The notes under the pieces were generated by a model. That model ran no database searches and was not told the DNA's origin. It saw only the letters and a list, made by a program, of their open reading frames with translations. From positions 83,010 through 147,009 of the forward strand of contig CAZQAW010000001.1 of the NCBI GenBank assembly GCA_964591445.1: a stretch of DNA of 64,000 nucleotides, written 5' to 3'. This document shows positions 48,013-57,578 of this stretch, piece by piece. This DNA is from an uncultured Candidatus Saccharibacteria bacterium (lineage in GTDB: Bacteria > Patescibacteriota > Minisyncoccia > Phycocordibacterales > UBA9973). The translations under genes and the position numbers were made by a program. The number at the start of each line of letters is the position of its first letter. Within the stretch, counting starts at the first letter, position 1.

Positions 48013-48124
48013 TCATTGGGTATTAAATGACGATAAAGGGACTTTTTCTTGTTTAAGCAAAAGTCCCTTTATATTTGGGTTATTTTTAATATCTATTGAA
48101 TTGAAATAAAAAGAAATTGTCATT

Positions 48125-49483
48125 TTGTCATTCAATGACGAATATGTTTTAGAAGAGCAGCTAAGAACCTCTTCCGAAGAACATATTATGAAAAAGCAAA
48201 AGTTAGTATGGTCAATTACTTCTCGTAAAGTAAGTGATCTAACAAAAAACGGATACAATCCGAGAAAACTAGGTGAGGGCGAAAAAAGAGATTTAGAAAA
48301 GTCTATCAAGGAATTTGGAACAGTAGTTCCTGTTATCCTTAATATTGGTTCCAGAGCCAATATACTTATTGGCGGTGAACAGCGTGTAAAAGTCTACGCC
48401 GATCTCGGTATAGAAGATGTTGAGTGTATGATACCTTCTCGAGAGTTAACACTTGAAGAAGAAAAAGAACTCAATCTTAGACTTAATAAAAACACGGGAT
48501 CATGGGATGAAGAGCTTCTAAAAGAGTTCGAAATGGATATGCTTCTTAATGTTGGTTTTGGAGATGAAGAATTACAAAATCTTTTTGATGACGTGGATCT
48601 TGTAGAAGATGATTTTGATATTGAAAAAGCTATTAAAGAAACCATTACTCCAAAAGTAAAAATTGGCGAGATATGGGAGCTTGGAAAACACAGGTTACTT
48701 GTGGGCGACTCTACTGACATAACCTCTGTACAAAAGTTAATGGATGGTGACCTTGCAGACATAATCTACTGTGATCCCCCATATAACATTGGCTTGGACT
48801 ATTCAAAGGGTGTTGGTAATAAAGAAAAATATCAAGGTTCATATTCTGCTAAAGATGATTCAAAAAAAGATTCTGACTACATGGATTTTTTAGATAAGAG
48901 TATGGAAGTAACTAAAATCATAGCCAAGAAAGATACTCATTTCTTTTATTGGTCTGATTCTTCGTATCTCTGGATGACTCAGGAATTATACAAAAAACAC
49001 GACATTCAAAATAAGAGGGTTTGCCTCTGGTTAAAAAACAATCAAAATTGTACTCCTAAAATTGCCTTCAATAAAGTTTATGAACCGTGTGTCTATGGAA
49101 TCATTGGTAAGCCTTACATAAATCCCAATATGAATAATGCCAACGAAATTCTTAATCAAGAAATAACAACTGGCAATCAAGCTCACGACGAGATACTTGA
49201 AATGATAGATATTTGGATTGAAAAAAGAGATAGTGCTCAATCATATCAACATCCAACACAGAAACCAGTTACCTTAAACGAAAAACCAATTAAACGTTGT
49301 AGTGCCCCATTGCACATTGTATTCAGTGGCTTCGGCGGAAGTGGTAGTGATTTAATTGCTTGTGAAGAACTCGGTAGATGTTGGAGAGGGGTTGAAAAAG
49401 ATCTTATTTTCGCAACCATCATAATCGAAAGATGGGAAAAATTTACCAACCTTAAGGCAAAGAAAATCTATGAAAATAAATAA
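48125..49483 (+). CDS. ParB-like nuclease N-terminal domain fused to a beta-class N4/N6 DNA methyltransferase
   Basis: N-terminus SDLTKNGYNPRKL...LIGGEQRVKVYADLG (ParB/Srx fold). MTase motif IV IIYCDPPYN upstream of motif I region HPTQKPVTL...FSGFGGSGSD. Start likely at MKKQKLV (about 48188). Confidence 0.8.
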   Translation: MSFNDEYVLEEQLRTSSEEHIMKKQKLVWSITSRKVSDLTKNGYNPRKLGEGEKRDLEKSIKEFGTVVPVILNIGSRANILIGGEQRVKVYADLGIEDVECMIPSRELTLEEEKELNLRLNKNTGSWDEELLKEFEMDMLLNVGFGDEELQNLFDDVDLVEDDFDIEKAIKETITPKVKIGEIWELGKHRLLVGDSTDITSVQKLMDGDLADIIYCDPPYNIGLDYSKGVGNKEKYQGSYSAKDDSKKDSDYMDFLDKSMEVTKIIAKKDTHFFYWSDSSYLWMTQELYKKHDIQNKRVCLWLKNNQNCTPKIAFNKVYEPCVYGIIGKPYINPNMNNANEILNQEITTGNQAHDEILEMIDIWIEKRDSAQSYQHPTQKPVTLNEKPIKRCSAPLHIVFSGFGGSGSDLIACEELGRCWRGVEKDLIFATIIIERWEKFTNLKAKKIYENK

Positions 49484-50219
49484 AGGAGAAATCTATAAGG
49501 TTGGAAATCATGTGATCGGTTGTGGCGATTCTACAGATCAAGTGTTTGTGTCTAAAGTAATTGGAAAAAATAAAATACGGGCTATCATTGCCGATCCACC
49601 ATACGGCGTTGCGTATGTAGAAAATAAAAAAGGTTTTGCAAAGCTTGGAGTTAAAGATGAGAAAATAATTGCAGGCGATCATATTCAAAGTGAAGATGAC
49701 TATGAAGAATTCACTAGAAAATATCTGGGGGCAGTTGTTCCATATTTAGAAGAATATAATGCATGCTACATATTTAATGCTGATCCAATGTTTCCATCAC
49801 TTCGTATTGGCATGAAAAATGCAGGTTTTTATTATAGTCAGATGCTCATTTGGATTAAGAACCAACCTGTGATGAGTCGGAAAGATTACCTGTCGCAATA
49901 TGAACTCATAGCATATGGATGGTTTGGTAAACATAAAACAGAAAGATCTAAAGCTAAAAATGTCATCTATTATCCAAGACCAAACAAATCTAAACTTCAC
50001 CCAACTCAAAAACCAATTGGTTTGCTTCGTAAAATTATTCCTGACAATACATCCATAGGAGATATTATTTATGATCCATTTTTAGGAAGTGGTTCTACTG
50101 CTATAAGTGCTGAACATTTAGGTCGAAAATGTATTGGTATAGAAATAGATGAGAAGTATGTGTCTATTGTACTTCAAAGGCTAGAAAAATTGACTGGAGA
50201 AAAACCAGTTAAGATATAA
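49470..50219 (+). CDS. Beta-class N4/N6 DNA methyltransferase (orphan)
   Basis: IIADPPYGV (motif IV) ... HPTQKPIGLLRKII ... DPFLGSGSTAISAEHLGRKCIGIEID (motif I). Confidence 0.85.
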   Translation: MKINKGEIYKVGNHVIGCGDSTDQVFVSKVIGKNKIRAIIADPPYGVAYVENKKGFAKLGVKDEKIIAGDHIQSEDDYEEFTRKYLGAVVPYLEEYNACYIFNADPMFPSLRIGMKNAGFYYSQMLIWIKNQPVMSRKDYLSQYELIAYGWFGKHKTERSKAKNVIYYPRPNKSKLHPTQKPIGLLRKIIPDNTSIGDIIYDPFLGSGSTAISAEHLGRKCIGIEIDEKYVSIVLQRLEKLTGEKPVKI

Positions 50220-50223
50220 ATGT

Positions 50224-50598
50224 ATGAGCGAAGAAGACTTTATTAAGGATCCATACAAAAAACAAACATACGAGACGTATGCTCTTTGGAAGTCTCTTCC
50301 CTCATTTCTTAAGGGTCAACCGAGAGTAGCTCTTGAGAAATTTGGAATCAGTGAAGAAGTAATATTTGAACTTCTATCAATCAAGACTCAAGCTGAATTT
50401 TCAAAGGAATACAATATTGATGTTGGAACACTCACTGATTGGAATAAAAGATTAGAAAAGGATGGTTTAGTCAAAAATATCAATAGTTGGGCTAGAAAGT
50501 TAACTCCAAACGTTATCTTTGCTCTATACAAAAATATTACTAAACATGGCAGAGCTCACGAAGTAAGAGCTTGGTATGAATTAATTGAAAATAATTAA
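50224..50598 (+). CDS. Hypothetical protein
   Basis: ORF only. Confidence 0.4.
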   Translation: MSEEDFIKDPYKKQTYETYALWKSLPSFLKGQPRVALEKFGISEEVIFELLSIKTQAEFSKEYNIDVGTLTDWNKRLEKDGLVKNINSWARKLTPNVIFALYKNITKHGRAHEVRAWYELIENN

Positions 50599-50794
50599 TA
50601 TGGAAAACATTAATTTAGCTGAAATAAATACAATTCTCTCTGATACTCTTCGTAAGGTAGTAGGTAAAGAGATATCACTAAAGCAAGCGAGTATGATAGC
50701 GAAACTTGCCTATACACTTTCAAAGAATATTGTGAATGTGGAATTAAAAGACAGGGTCGAATTCCTTGAACAAGCACTTAAAGTAAGACGATAA
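50585..50794 (+). CDS. Hypothetical small protein
   Basis: ORF only. Confidence 0.3.
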   Translation: MKIINMENINLAEINTILSDTLRKVVGKEISLKQASMIAKLAYTLSKNIVNVELKDRVEFLEQALKVRR

Positions 50795-50797
50795 TAT

Positions 50798-52315
50798 ATG
50801 AAAAATCTAGCAAACATTTTAAGAAAATCTAACCTTTCTCCCAAAGAAAGAATTATTACTATCATTCAAAACGAAGTATATAAAGAAAAGAACGGTAAAG
50901 GAACTCTCACTGATTCAGAAATTTATGCTTTATCACAAGGATGGAGACCCAGAGATTCTCATGAGGCTAAAGAATACAATAGATATTTAGATGCTTCTAA
51001 GTTAGAAAGATCCATGAGATTAGATGCCCGAATGTTTGCGTACCGATCAGAGAATTTCTTATTACGAAGTAATATGTTGATTAATTACACAGCATACCTA
51101 GATGATACCTTAGAGGATTTTAAGAAAAATGACACTGTAAATAAATACATATCACAAGAAGAAATAATAAATTTCATTATAGAAAATACTTATCTCAAAT
51201 ATGAGAAATTAATTCATATAGTTACTTTCAATAATCTTCCCAAAAATATTAAAGATGACCTACTTCTTCTAGATGAATATGCATCTTATGATGGAAAGTA
51301 TTTAGAAGATGAGGTTTTTCTTTATGAGATATTTAAGAAATCAAAAAAATTAAGCGTGCAGGATAAAAATATTCTTATTGATTATATATTTTCTCGTATG
51401 TATAATGACGGTTTTAGAAAAATCAAAAATGGCTCTGAAAAAGATGGCTTTATGATGCTACAATCTTTTGCTGAACTTCCAATGCGGAATGTTTTTGAAA
51501 AATGGACAGAATATGCTCATATTAATCTTGATGAACAAAATATCAGTACTGAAAATTATTTACTTAATAAGTTTGAAGAATATGCAAAAAATAAAAATCA
51601 AACAATGGAGATGGTTATAAAAGAAACCTTATCTAAATGGATAGATGATGGGTTGTTTGTGTCTGAATATATGCCAATATTTTTTAGTAACAAAAAAGAT
51701 ACATGGAATGGAGATACAAGACTTACACACAAAGAAATTTTTATAAAATGGTATACAGAGTTACAAAAGACAAAAATATTTATTGATAAACTTGTTTCAA
51801 AAAATGATATAGAGGTTAAATTTATAGATAGAGAAATTTTTAGTGACACAAAAAAGATTAAAATAGTAACAGGAGAAAGTTTGTATAAATCTAAAATAGA
51901 TATTGATTTTGTGAAAGAATATAGAAATCAGATAACAGTGCTATCACCTGTAGTAGGATTATTTTTGTTTATTAAAAAGAATAATAATCCATTGAGTAGT
52001 TACAAAACACTTAAATCTTTTTGTGAAATGGCACAATTTTTTTCTGATATATTTGATGTTGATATGACAGATAAATACACAGAATCTTTGCATTCTTTTG
52101 AACAAGAATTATCTATGGTCAATCAAACTTTTAGTAAGTTACTTGATAAAGTAAGTGGACTTTTGTATACAAATGACAACATTAAATATGTCTTAGAAAT
52201 AGAAGAAGATAATTTGTCTTTTGATTTAAATAAAGAATCTCTTGAACCAACAGATGAAATGATCGCTGATTACAAGGGTGAGCTTAAAAAGATGGGTTTT
52301 ATAGTTGATATATAA
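50798..52315 (+). CDS. Hypothetical 505-aa protein (no recognisable motif)
   Basis: Long AT-rich ORF with coding-like composition. Confidence 0.45.
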   Translation: MKNLANILRKSNLSPKERIITIIQNEVYKEKNGKGTLTDSEIYALSQGWRPRDSHEAKEYNRYLDASKLERSMRLDARMFAYRSENFLLRSNMLINYTAYLDDTLEDFKKNDTVNKYISQEEIINFIIENTYLKYEKLIHIVTFNNLPKNIKDDLLLLDEYASYDGKYLEDEVFLYEIFKKSKKLSVQDKNILIDYIFSRMYNDGFRKIKNGSEKDGFMMLQSFAELPMRNVFEKWTEYAHINLDEQNISTENYLLNKFEEYAKNKNQTMEMVIKETLSKWIDDGLFVSEYMPIFFSNKKDTWNGDTRLTHKEIFIKWYTELQKTKIFIDKLVSKNDIEVKFIDREIFSDTKKIKIVTGESLYKSKIDIDFVKEYRNQITVLSPVVGLFLFIKKNNNPLSSYKTLKSFCEMAQFFSDIFDVDMTDKYTESLHSFEQELSMVNQTFSKLLDKVSGLLYTNDNIKYVLEIEEDNLSFDLNKESLEPTDEMIADYKGELKKMGFIVDI

Positions 52316-52328
52316 TACAGGGTAGCAG

Positions 52329-52356
52329 TTGACAAAAAGGTTGAATATGATATAAT
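52329..52356 (+). promoter_or_regulatory. Near-consensus sigma70 promoter TTGACA-16-TATAAT with TG extended -10, followed by a structured 5' UTR, driving the DGR target gene
   Basis: ttgacaaaaaggttgaatatgatataat; downstream nested inverted repeats CCCGACCTC...GAGG...GTCGGG; RBS aaaggataag before ATG 52446. Confidence 0.6.
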
Positions 52357-52445
52357 TAGACTTAGTAAACGATACCCGACCTCTATCAAACAATCGAGGA
52401 CTTGGGTGTCGGGACCCAGTTCTTTAAATTTAAAAGGATAAGACA

Positions 52446-53363
52446 ATGACAACAGAAAAGTTGATCACGTCTGAACAAACAGACAAAGTCGCAGATCTTG
52501 GCAGAGAAGCTGTAAAGACTGCAGTTGGTAAAGTAAATCCAACAAGAGTAAACGTTCAAACTGGCATCATCAGCAACGGGCGTGAGTTTAAAAACAGAGT
52601 GGAAGAAGCTGTAAAAGCAATCATTCTGGAAATGACAACTCCCAACCAGTATGCTAACGAGGTGGTTAGCTCAAACTACACCTACCCCAGTGAGTATAAG
52701 ATGAAGCCGATTTCAGAACAGGTACAATCCATTGCTGAAAAGTTTGGACTTGATCCAACATCGGCATTGGAGTTTATCAAAACATTGCCTGCATTACCTG
52801 ACGGTGCCGAAGGATGGTTCGCCATTCCAAAAGTATCATCAGTTGCAAAAAAACATTTTTCTGCGATTACCGATTCTGCCGAACAGTATTGCGAAGCTAC
52901 AAAGTTGGTTCACAGCAAACTTGCTGAAAGCCGTAGCTTCTACAATTACCGTGAAGGTCAGATTACCACCGCACAGATTCGCCAACATCCCCGTACCATC
53001 AGTTTCCTCGAACAATTGGAATCTGAACAACAGGGTGACATTCTGATTCTCGCCGTTCAATACGGAATGAGACATCGTGGCAAATCAGTTCGTCGTGCAA
53101 GAGAAACGTTCTCAGGTAATGAATTCGGACTTGGAGCATTCGCTCTTGGCTGTATGGCATTGGTTCACCCCGATCGTTATGTTCGTTGGGAAGAACTTGA
53201 TACCGATTGTGCAGGTGACGAATTTGCTCCTGATGCTGCTGGCGTGTTCTCGAAGGCTCCGATCTTCTACTTCAGCGATGACGGGCTTGAGTTCGTCGCG
53301 AACGTTGTGTCCTTTGCCTACGTTTACTATGGTTCTGCCTCGGCGTTCGTTCCGCAGAATTGA
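52446..53363 (+). CDS. DGR target protein (variable protein); C-terminal 43 codons are the variable repeat
   Basis: VR occupies the last 131 nt before the stop; see VR/TR features. Confidence 0.8.
   Translation: MTTEKLITSEQTDKVADLGREAVKTAVGKVNPTRVNVQTGIISNGREFKNRVEEAVKAIILEMTTPNQYANEVVSSNYTYPSEYKMKPISEQVQSIAEKFGLDPTSALEFIKTLPALPDGAEGWFAIPKVSSVAKKHFSAITDSAEQYCEATKLVHSKLAESRSFYNYREGQITTAQIRQHPRTISFLEQLESEQQGDILILAVQYGMRHRGKSVRRARETFSGNEFGLGAFALGCMALVHPDRYVRWEELDTDCAGDEFAPDAAGVFSKAPIFYFSDDGLEFVANVVSFAYVYYGSASAFVPQN
53227..53357 (+). repeat. DGR variable repeat (VR)
   Basis: 131-bp ungapped alignment to TR: 116 identities and 15 mismatches, every mismatch at a TR adenine (VR carries C/T/G). The 3' 35 bp (ctatggttctgcctcggcgttcgttccg) is identical (IMH-like). 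Confidence 0.85.
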
Positions 53364-53426
53364 TCCTTGTACTTTGAATTCTTGAATCTTTTGTTTCCTT
53401 GATTCTTGATCTCAAAAATTTTTTTG

Positions 53427-53460
53427 AATAGGGTTATCCACATGGATGACCCTATTTTTG
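53427..53460 (+). terminator. Hairpin + T-run downstream of VR (target-gene terminator and/or DGR cruciform element)
   Basis: aatagggttatccacatggatgaccctatttttg. Confidence 0.6.
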
Positions 53461-53731
53461 CGTTTAATTCAAAAACTGATATAGTAACTATGAGTCTAGG
53501 TTAGTGTATAGTCGTTTACGGATGACTATCACCGAACTCTTTCTCTTATGAGAAATCTCCAACCAGAATCATGAAGATCAAGGTTTTCATGAGAGTGTTG
53601 TTGTGATAAGGGATACTGCTTACTACTTTTTAAGGCAAGCATGTAAATGTGTTGCCAGATAAAATACAGAATTGTGATTCATGTGCAATATCATGTTTCG
53701 TGATTTGTGACTTGGATAGAAAGTAGTAAAA

Positions 53732-53862
53732 CTCCTGATGCTGATGGCGTGTTCTCGAAGGCTCCGATCTTCAACTTCAACGATGACAAGCTTAAGTTCG
53801 ACACGAACGATGTGTCCAATGCCAACGATAACTATGGTTCTGCCTCGGCGTTCGTTCCGAAG
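53732..53862 (+). repeat. DGR template repeat (TR), non-coding
   Basis: See VR. The ORF-track ORF 53707..53964 spanning it is judged spurious. Confidence 0.85.
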
Positions 53863-53908
53863 TATCCAATATACACAAAAGGTATCCTGTTAGGGATACC
53901 TTTTGCTT

Positions 53909-54256
53909 TTATCGTTCAACTGAACGAATCCATCCACCAAGCATTCTACCGATCTCGTCGGTAATATTTTGAAGCAGAGTGTACTTCTTTACATCAAGCG
54001 TTTTACTTTCTTTCATTAATCGAACAAAGAAACGAAAAATGTTTAATTTTACACTAGCTTTTTCAAGTAAAAGTAATTTGCGTTCTTTTGAAGAATAACT
54101 AGCTTCTAGGACATATTCGAGAATATCAATCATTACATTTTCAGATCGTTCATAGATTAAAAATCTTTCATGTTTTGGGACTAATGTTCTGTATTCATGA
54201 AATGTTTTATATAACTCGTGAATTTTTCTTAGAATTGGCACATCATTTTCATTCAT
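53909..54256 (-). CDS. avd: Avd-like accessory variability determinant (four-helix-bundle / 23S rRNA IVS-protein family), encoded antisense between TR and RT
   Basis: VPKHERFLIYERSENVMIDILEYVLEA ... ITDEIGRMLGGWIRSV resembles the family pattern FPKEE.Y.L.SQ.RR...SI..NIAEG ... EIGRML.GLI. Confidence 0.7.
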   Translation of the reverse strand: MNENDVPILRKIHELYKTFHEYRTLVPKHERFLIYERSENVMIDILEYVLEASYSSKERKLLLLEKASVKLNIFRFFVRLMKESKTLDVKKYTLLQNITDEIGRMLGGWIRSVER

Positions 54257-55312
54257 ATGCGTGTATTTATCAATTTATTTAATTCATTAATTCAGCCAGA
54301 ACACCTATTTTATTCATGGGAGGAATTTAAACGTGACAAAGGTTTAAAGGAAGATATCCTCTTATTTGAGAAAAATCTTGAAAGTGAGATATTTAAACTT
54401 CACCGAGAACTAAAAGGAGGAGTGTATAAACATAGTGGATATGAAAGTTTCTTTATTTCAGATCCAAAACGAAGACATATCCATAAAGCAACAGTAAGAG
54501 ACCGTGTAGTACATCATGCAATTATGCATACGTTGTATCCTCTCTACGACAAAACATTTATTAATAATTCATTTTCTTGTCGTGTTGGTAAAGGAACTCA
54601 TAAAGGTGTTCTTGCCCTTAGATCTATGATTGCCAAGGCGAGTAAAAATAATACTCAAACTGTTTACATTCTCAAGTGTGATGTTGAGAAATTTTTTGAT
54701 TCAGTTCATCATATTATTTTAATTGATATACTTAGAAAAAGAATTAGGGACAAAAAACTCATGGATTTACTGATAGAAGTAATTGAGAGTTTTATAAGTG
54801 ATCGTTCTACTTTATTTGATCATGTAGGTTTACCAATTGGAAATCTTACATCTCAACTTTTTGCAAACATATACATGGATAAATTTGACCAATATATGAA
54901 GCATGAATTGAAAGTAAAATACTATGCTCGTTACACAGATGACTTTGTTATTGTGAGTGAAAATAAAGAATACTTGTCTAACCTTAAATTAGATATTTCT
55001 AAATTCCTTAGTGAGTCACTAAGACTTACTATTCACCCAAAGAAAATTACCATTCGTAAGTATACTCATGGTATTGATTTTCTAGGACATGTTTCTTTTC
55101 CACATCATGTATTGATAAGAAAAAGAACCTTAGAAAGAGCTACGAGAAGAATTAATGAGAAGATTGTTTTGTATAAAGCAGGATCTCTTGAGAAAGAGAA
55201 ACTTGAAGCCACTTTATATTCATATCTTGGAGTTCTTTCTCACGCCAATGCTTATAGATTTTCTGAGAAACTGAAGAATGACTATTTTCTTTCGGTTAAT
55301 AATCCTGATTAA
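54257..55312 (+). CDS. DGR reverse transcriptase
   Basis: RT motifs: KRRHIHKATVRDRVVHHAI (motifs 1-2), CRVGKGTH (3), LPIGNLTSQLFANIY (DGR-specific IGxxxSQ motif 4), YARYTDDFVI (YxDD, motif 5). 351 aa. Confidence 0.9.
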   Translation: MRVFINLFNSLIQPEHLFYSWEEFKRDKGLKEDILLFEKNLESEIFKLHRELKGGVYKHSGYESFFISDPKRRHIHKATVRDRVVHHAIMHTLYPLYDKTFINNSFSCRVGKGTHKGVLALRSMIAKASKNNTQTVYILKCDVEKFFDSVHHIILIDILRKRIRDKKLMDLLIEVIESFISDRSTLFDHVGLPIGNLTSQLFANIYMDKFDQYMKHELKVKYYARYTDDFVIVSENKEYLSNLKLDISKFLSESLRLTIHPKKITIRKYTHGIDFLGHVSFPHHVLIRKRTLERATRRINEKIVLYKAGSLEKEKLEATLYSYLGVLSHANAYRFSEKLKNDYFLSVNNPD

Positions 55313-55364
55313 AAAAATTCGACTAGGTTTTATAATCAGCTAATTTGATTAAGACTTTACTGAA

Positions 55365-56456
55365 TTACTGGCATTGAGGGCTTAATGTACGACTAGGAAA
55401 TGAAGAAAGTAACGACTCTAAAGAAGTAAAGGATTTTATATATTTTTCATTTAATGACTTCCAGCCATCACATGTTTCTGGATAATAATATTTAGAAGTT
55501 GAATATGACGATGTGTAATACTTTCCAGTTGAATTGGTGGTACTTGTAGAAGTAGAAGAGGATGTTGGAGTCGCAGTAACAGCAGAAGTTGTAGTATTAC
55601 CATTACATGTATTAATAGACCATAATCCTAAAAGATTTGCTTGAGCATATTTTTGTGCTGTTTTAAATTCAGATTGATATTTATATGGCGAGTTATAAGT
55701 ATACTCATGTGCATATCCCTGTTCAATCATGTATTTATTATAAAATAGACCATCTTCTCTATATACATATGCTAAAGTACGTCCGTATTTATCGAGAGTG
55801 TCTTGAGTTGAATCAGTCTCAATTCTAACTTTTTTCCCTGATAATAATTCTTTTGCTTTATTGGATGCCTCTTTACCAAAGCATTGAACTGGCTTCCTTG
55901 GATCAAGTGTTTCTGGGGTGTCTAATCCAATAAGACGAAGTGTTATGATTGCTCCGTCTTTATTTATTTTAATAGTATCCCCATCAACAACGCTTGAAAC
56001 TGCATAATATTTATATTGAGAATTAGGTGAAGTTGTAGGTGTTTGTGCAGAAGTCACCGATTTAACTTCTTGTACATTTTTTACTTCTTGTTTAACGGGT
56101 ATTATTTCATTATTTATCTGTTGAGCTGAATTTTCTGTTTTTACTTGAGTATTTATATTTTCTAAAACATTATTATTTTGTGGAGCAGGTATTATTTCTG
56201 TTTTCTTTGGAAGAAAAATAGAAGAAACAACTAATAAGACAATTACAGCAACAATTTTTATTGTTCTTGAAAGGGAAAAATTAAATTTCCTTTGAATAAA
56301 TTTAGAAATGGCAGGAATTGTAATTAGTGAAGCAAGAATCATAAATATTCCACCCAGAATACTTTTTTCTAAAGTACTAAGACCAGCTATTAACAACAAT
56401 ATACCTATAGTCCAAGATAGAAAGTTGATTAGATTTAATTTAATATTTTTATTCAT
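55365..56456 (-). CDS. Membrane-anchored thermonuclease (staphylococcal nuclease-like) with Ser/Thr-rich linker and Cys-containing C-terminal domain
   Basis: N-terminal TMs; SNase core VVDGDTIKI...LRLIGLDTPE...KYGRTLAYVY. Confidence 0.75.
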   Translation of the reverse strand: MNKNIKLNLINFLSWTIGILLLIAGLSTLEKSILGGIFMILASLITIPAISKFIQRKFNFSLSRTIKIVAVIVLLVVSSIFLPKKTEIIPAPQNNNVLENINTQVKTENSAQQINNEIIPVKQEVKNVQEVKSVTSAQTPTTSPNSQYKYYAVSSVVDGDTIKINKDGAIITLRLIGLDTPETLDPRKPVQCFGKEASNKAKELLSGKKVRIETDSTQDTLDKYGRTLAYVYREDGLFYNKYMIEQGYAHEYTYNSPYKYQSEFKTAQKYAQANLLGLWSINTCNGNTTTSAVTATPTSSSTSTSTTNSTGKYYTSSYSTSKYYYPETCDGWKSLNEKYIKSFTSLESLLSSFPSRTLSPQCQ

Positions 56457-56471
56457 AATTTATTAAATTAC

Positions 56472-56840
56472 TTAAGAAATAATATTGATTAAAATAATTA
56501 GTCCTATAAAAATGGCTATAGCAATAAGAATCATTTTTCTCTGTTTGATATTTTTTACTTCTGCCTTTTTGTCCTCTGAAACAGCTTTTTCTATTTCTTC
56601 TTTAGACATAACCTCGCTTATTATCTTTTGTGCTCTTGGGGAGTCCATAGGTATTAGACTTGGACTTTTACATTTAGGACATATTTTATGTCTTGATGAA
56701 GACCTCCAGATTGAGTAGATTAGCCCTGGGATAATAAAACAAAGCCAAAGGATTACTTCTATACAACCATTCCCTCCAATCGCACCCTTTGGTTCACCGA
56801 CATAATTACATTGAGTACAAACTAATATTTTTGATGACAT
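56472..56840 (-). CDS. Hypothetical zinc-ribbon membrane protein
   Basis: CTQCNY...CPKCKS with two TM helices. Confidence 0.45.
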   Translation of the reverse strand: MSSKILVCTQCNYVGEPKGAIGGNGCIEVILWLCFIIPGLIYSIWRSSSRHKICPKCKSPSLIPMDSPRAQKIISEVMSKEEIEKAVSEDKKAEVKNIKQRKMILIAIAIFIGLIILINIIS

Positions 56841-56864
56841 ATTTAAAAAATTAATTAATAATAT

Positions 56865-57578
56865 TTATTCATATAAAACAGTTAAAATGCCAGTACCAGA
56901 GAAATCACCTTGGTTTGGGGTATGGATTGTTATTACAGATTTTCCATATTTGTAATCTATGTTAGGATTAACATTTATTTTTTCCTCTGGAATTCGTATC
57001 TTTGGATAAATACCGCCAAAAATAATTTGGTCTGAGTTGAAATGCTGAGTGTAAACAAGTTTATCGTTCTTTGACATTGAATTACTGCCAGCATATAACT
57101 TTACATCGGCGGTAATTAACATTTTTTCTGTTGCGTCACTAGTTATAATATCTCCATTTTTATCTAAATATACTACTTCAAGAACAGGTCCATCATTTTC
57201 AACATCAGCATCCCAATTATCCTGTAGTCCTCCACTAACTCGTATAGCAGATAGTCCGTCTATCTGTAAAGTTTTATTAGATGATATTGGTGTTGTTGGG
57301 ACAACTTGAGTATTTGCGACCACTGGTACAGTTTTTGGAGTGGTAACTATTTTATTTTGAACCACTGTATCTTTTTGTATTACGTTAGTTTCTGCTACCG
57401 CAACAGGACTACTTACTGTTGATTCGACAATTGGAATCTCATCTTGTATTGGAATTTGAGCAATAGGTTCTTTTTTGTTTGAGAATTTAGAACCAACAAA
57501 TAGACCAATAACAAGTATTGCAACTATAACAACAATCTTACCTGTTATAGTTTCCATAAATTGTTTTACATCTTTCAT
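56865..57578 (-). CDS. Hypothetical membrane-anchored secreted protein
   Basis: N-terminal TM (IVVIVAILVIGLFVG); no domain recognised. Confidence 0.45.
   Translation of the reverse strand: MKDVKQFMETITGKIVVIVAILVIGLFVGSKFSNKKEPIAQIPIQDEIPIVESTVSSPVAVAETNVIQKDTVVQNKIVTTPKTVPVVANTQVVPTTPISSNKTLQIDGLSAIRVSGGLQDNWDADVENDGPVLEVVYLDKNGDIITSDATEKMLITADVKLYAGSNSMSKNDKLVYTQHFNSDQIIFGGIYPKIRIPEEKINVNPNIDYKYGKSVITIHTPNQGDFSGTGILTVLYE

Noticed and set aside
53707-53964. 85-aa ORF covering the template repeat
   Set aside because: It is the TR copy of the target gene's C-terminal coding sequence and only mimics coding potential. It lacks an RBS, and its adenine pattern marks it as the DGR template, not a gene.
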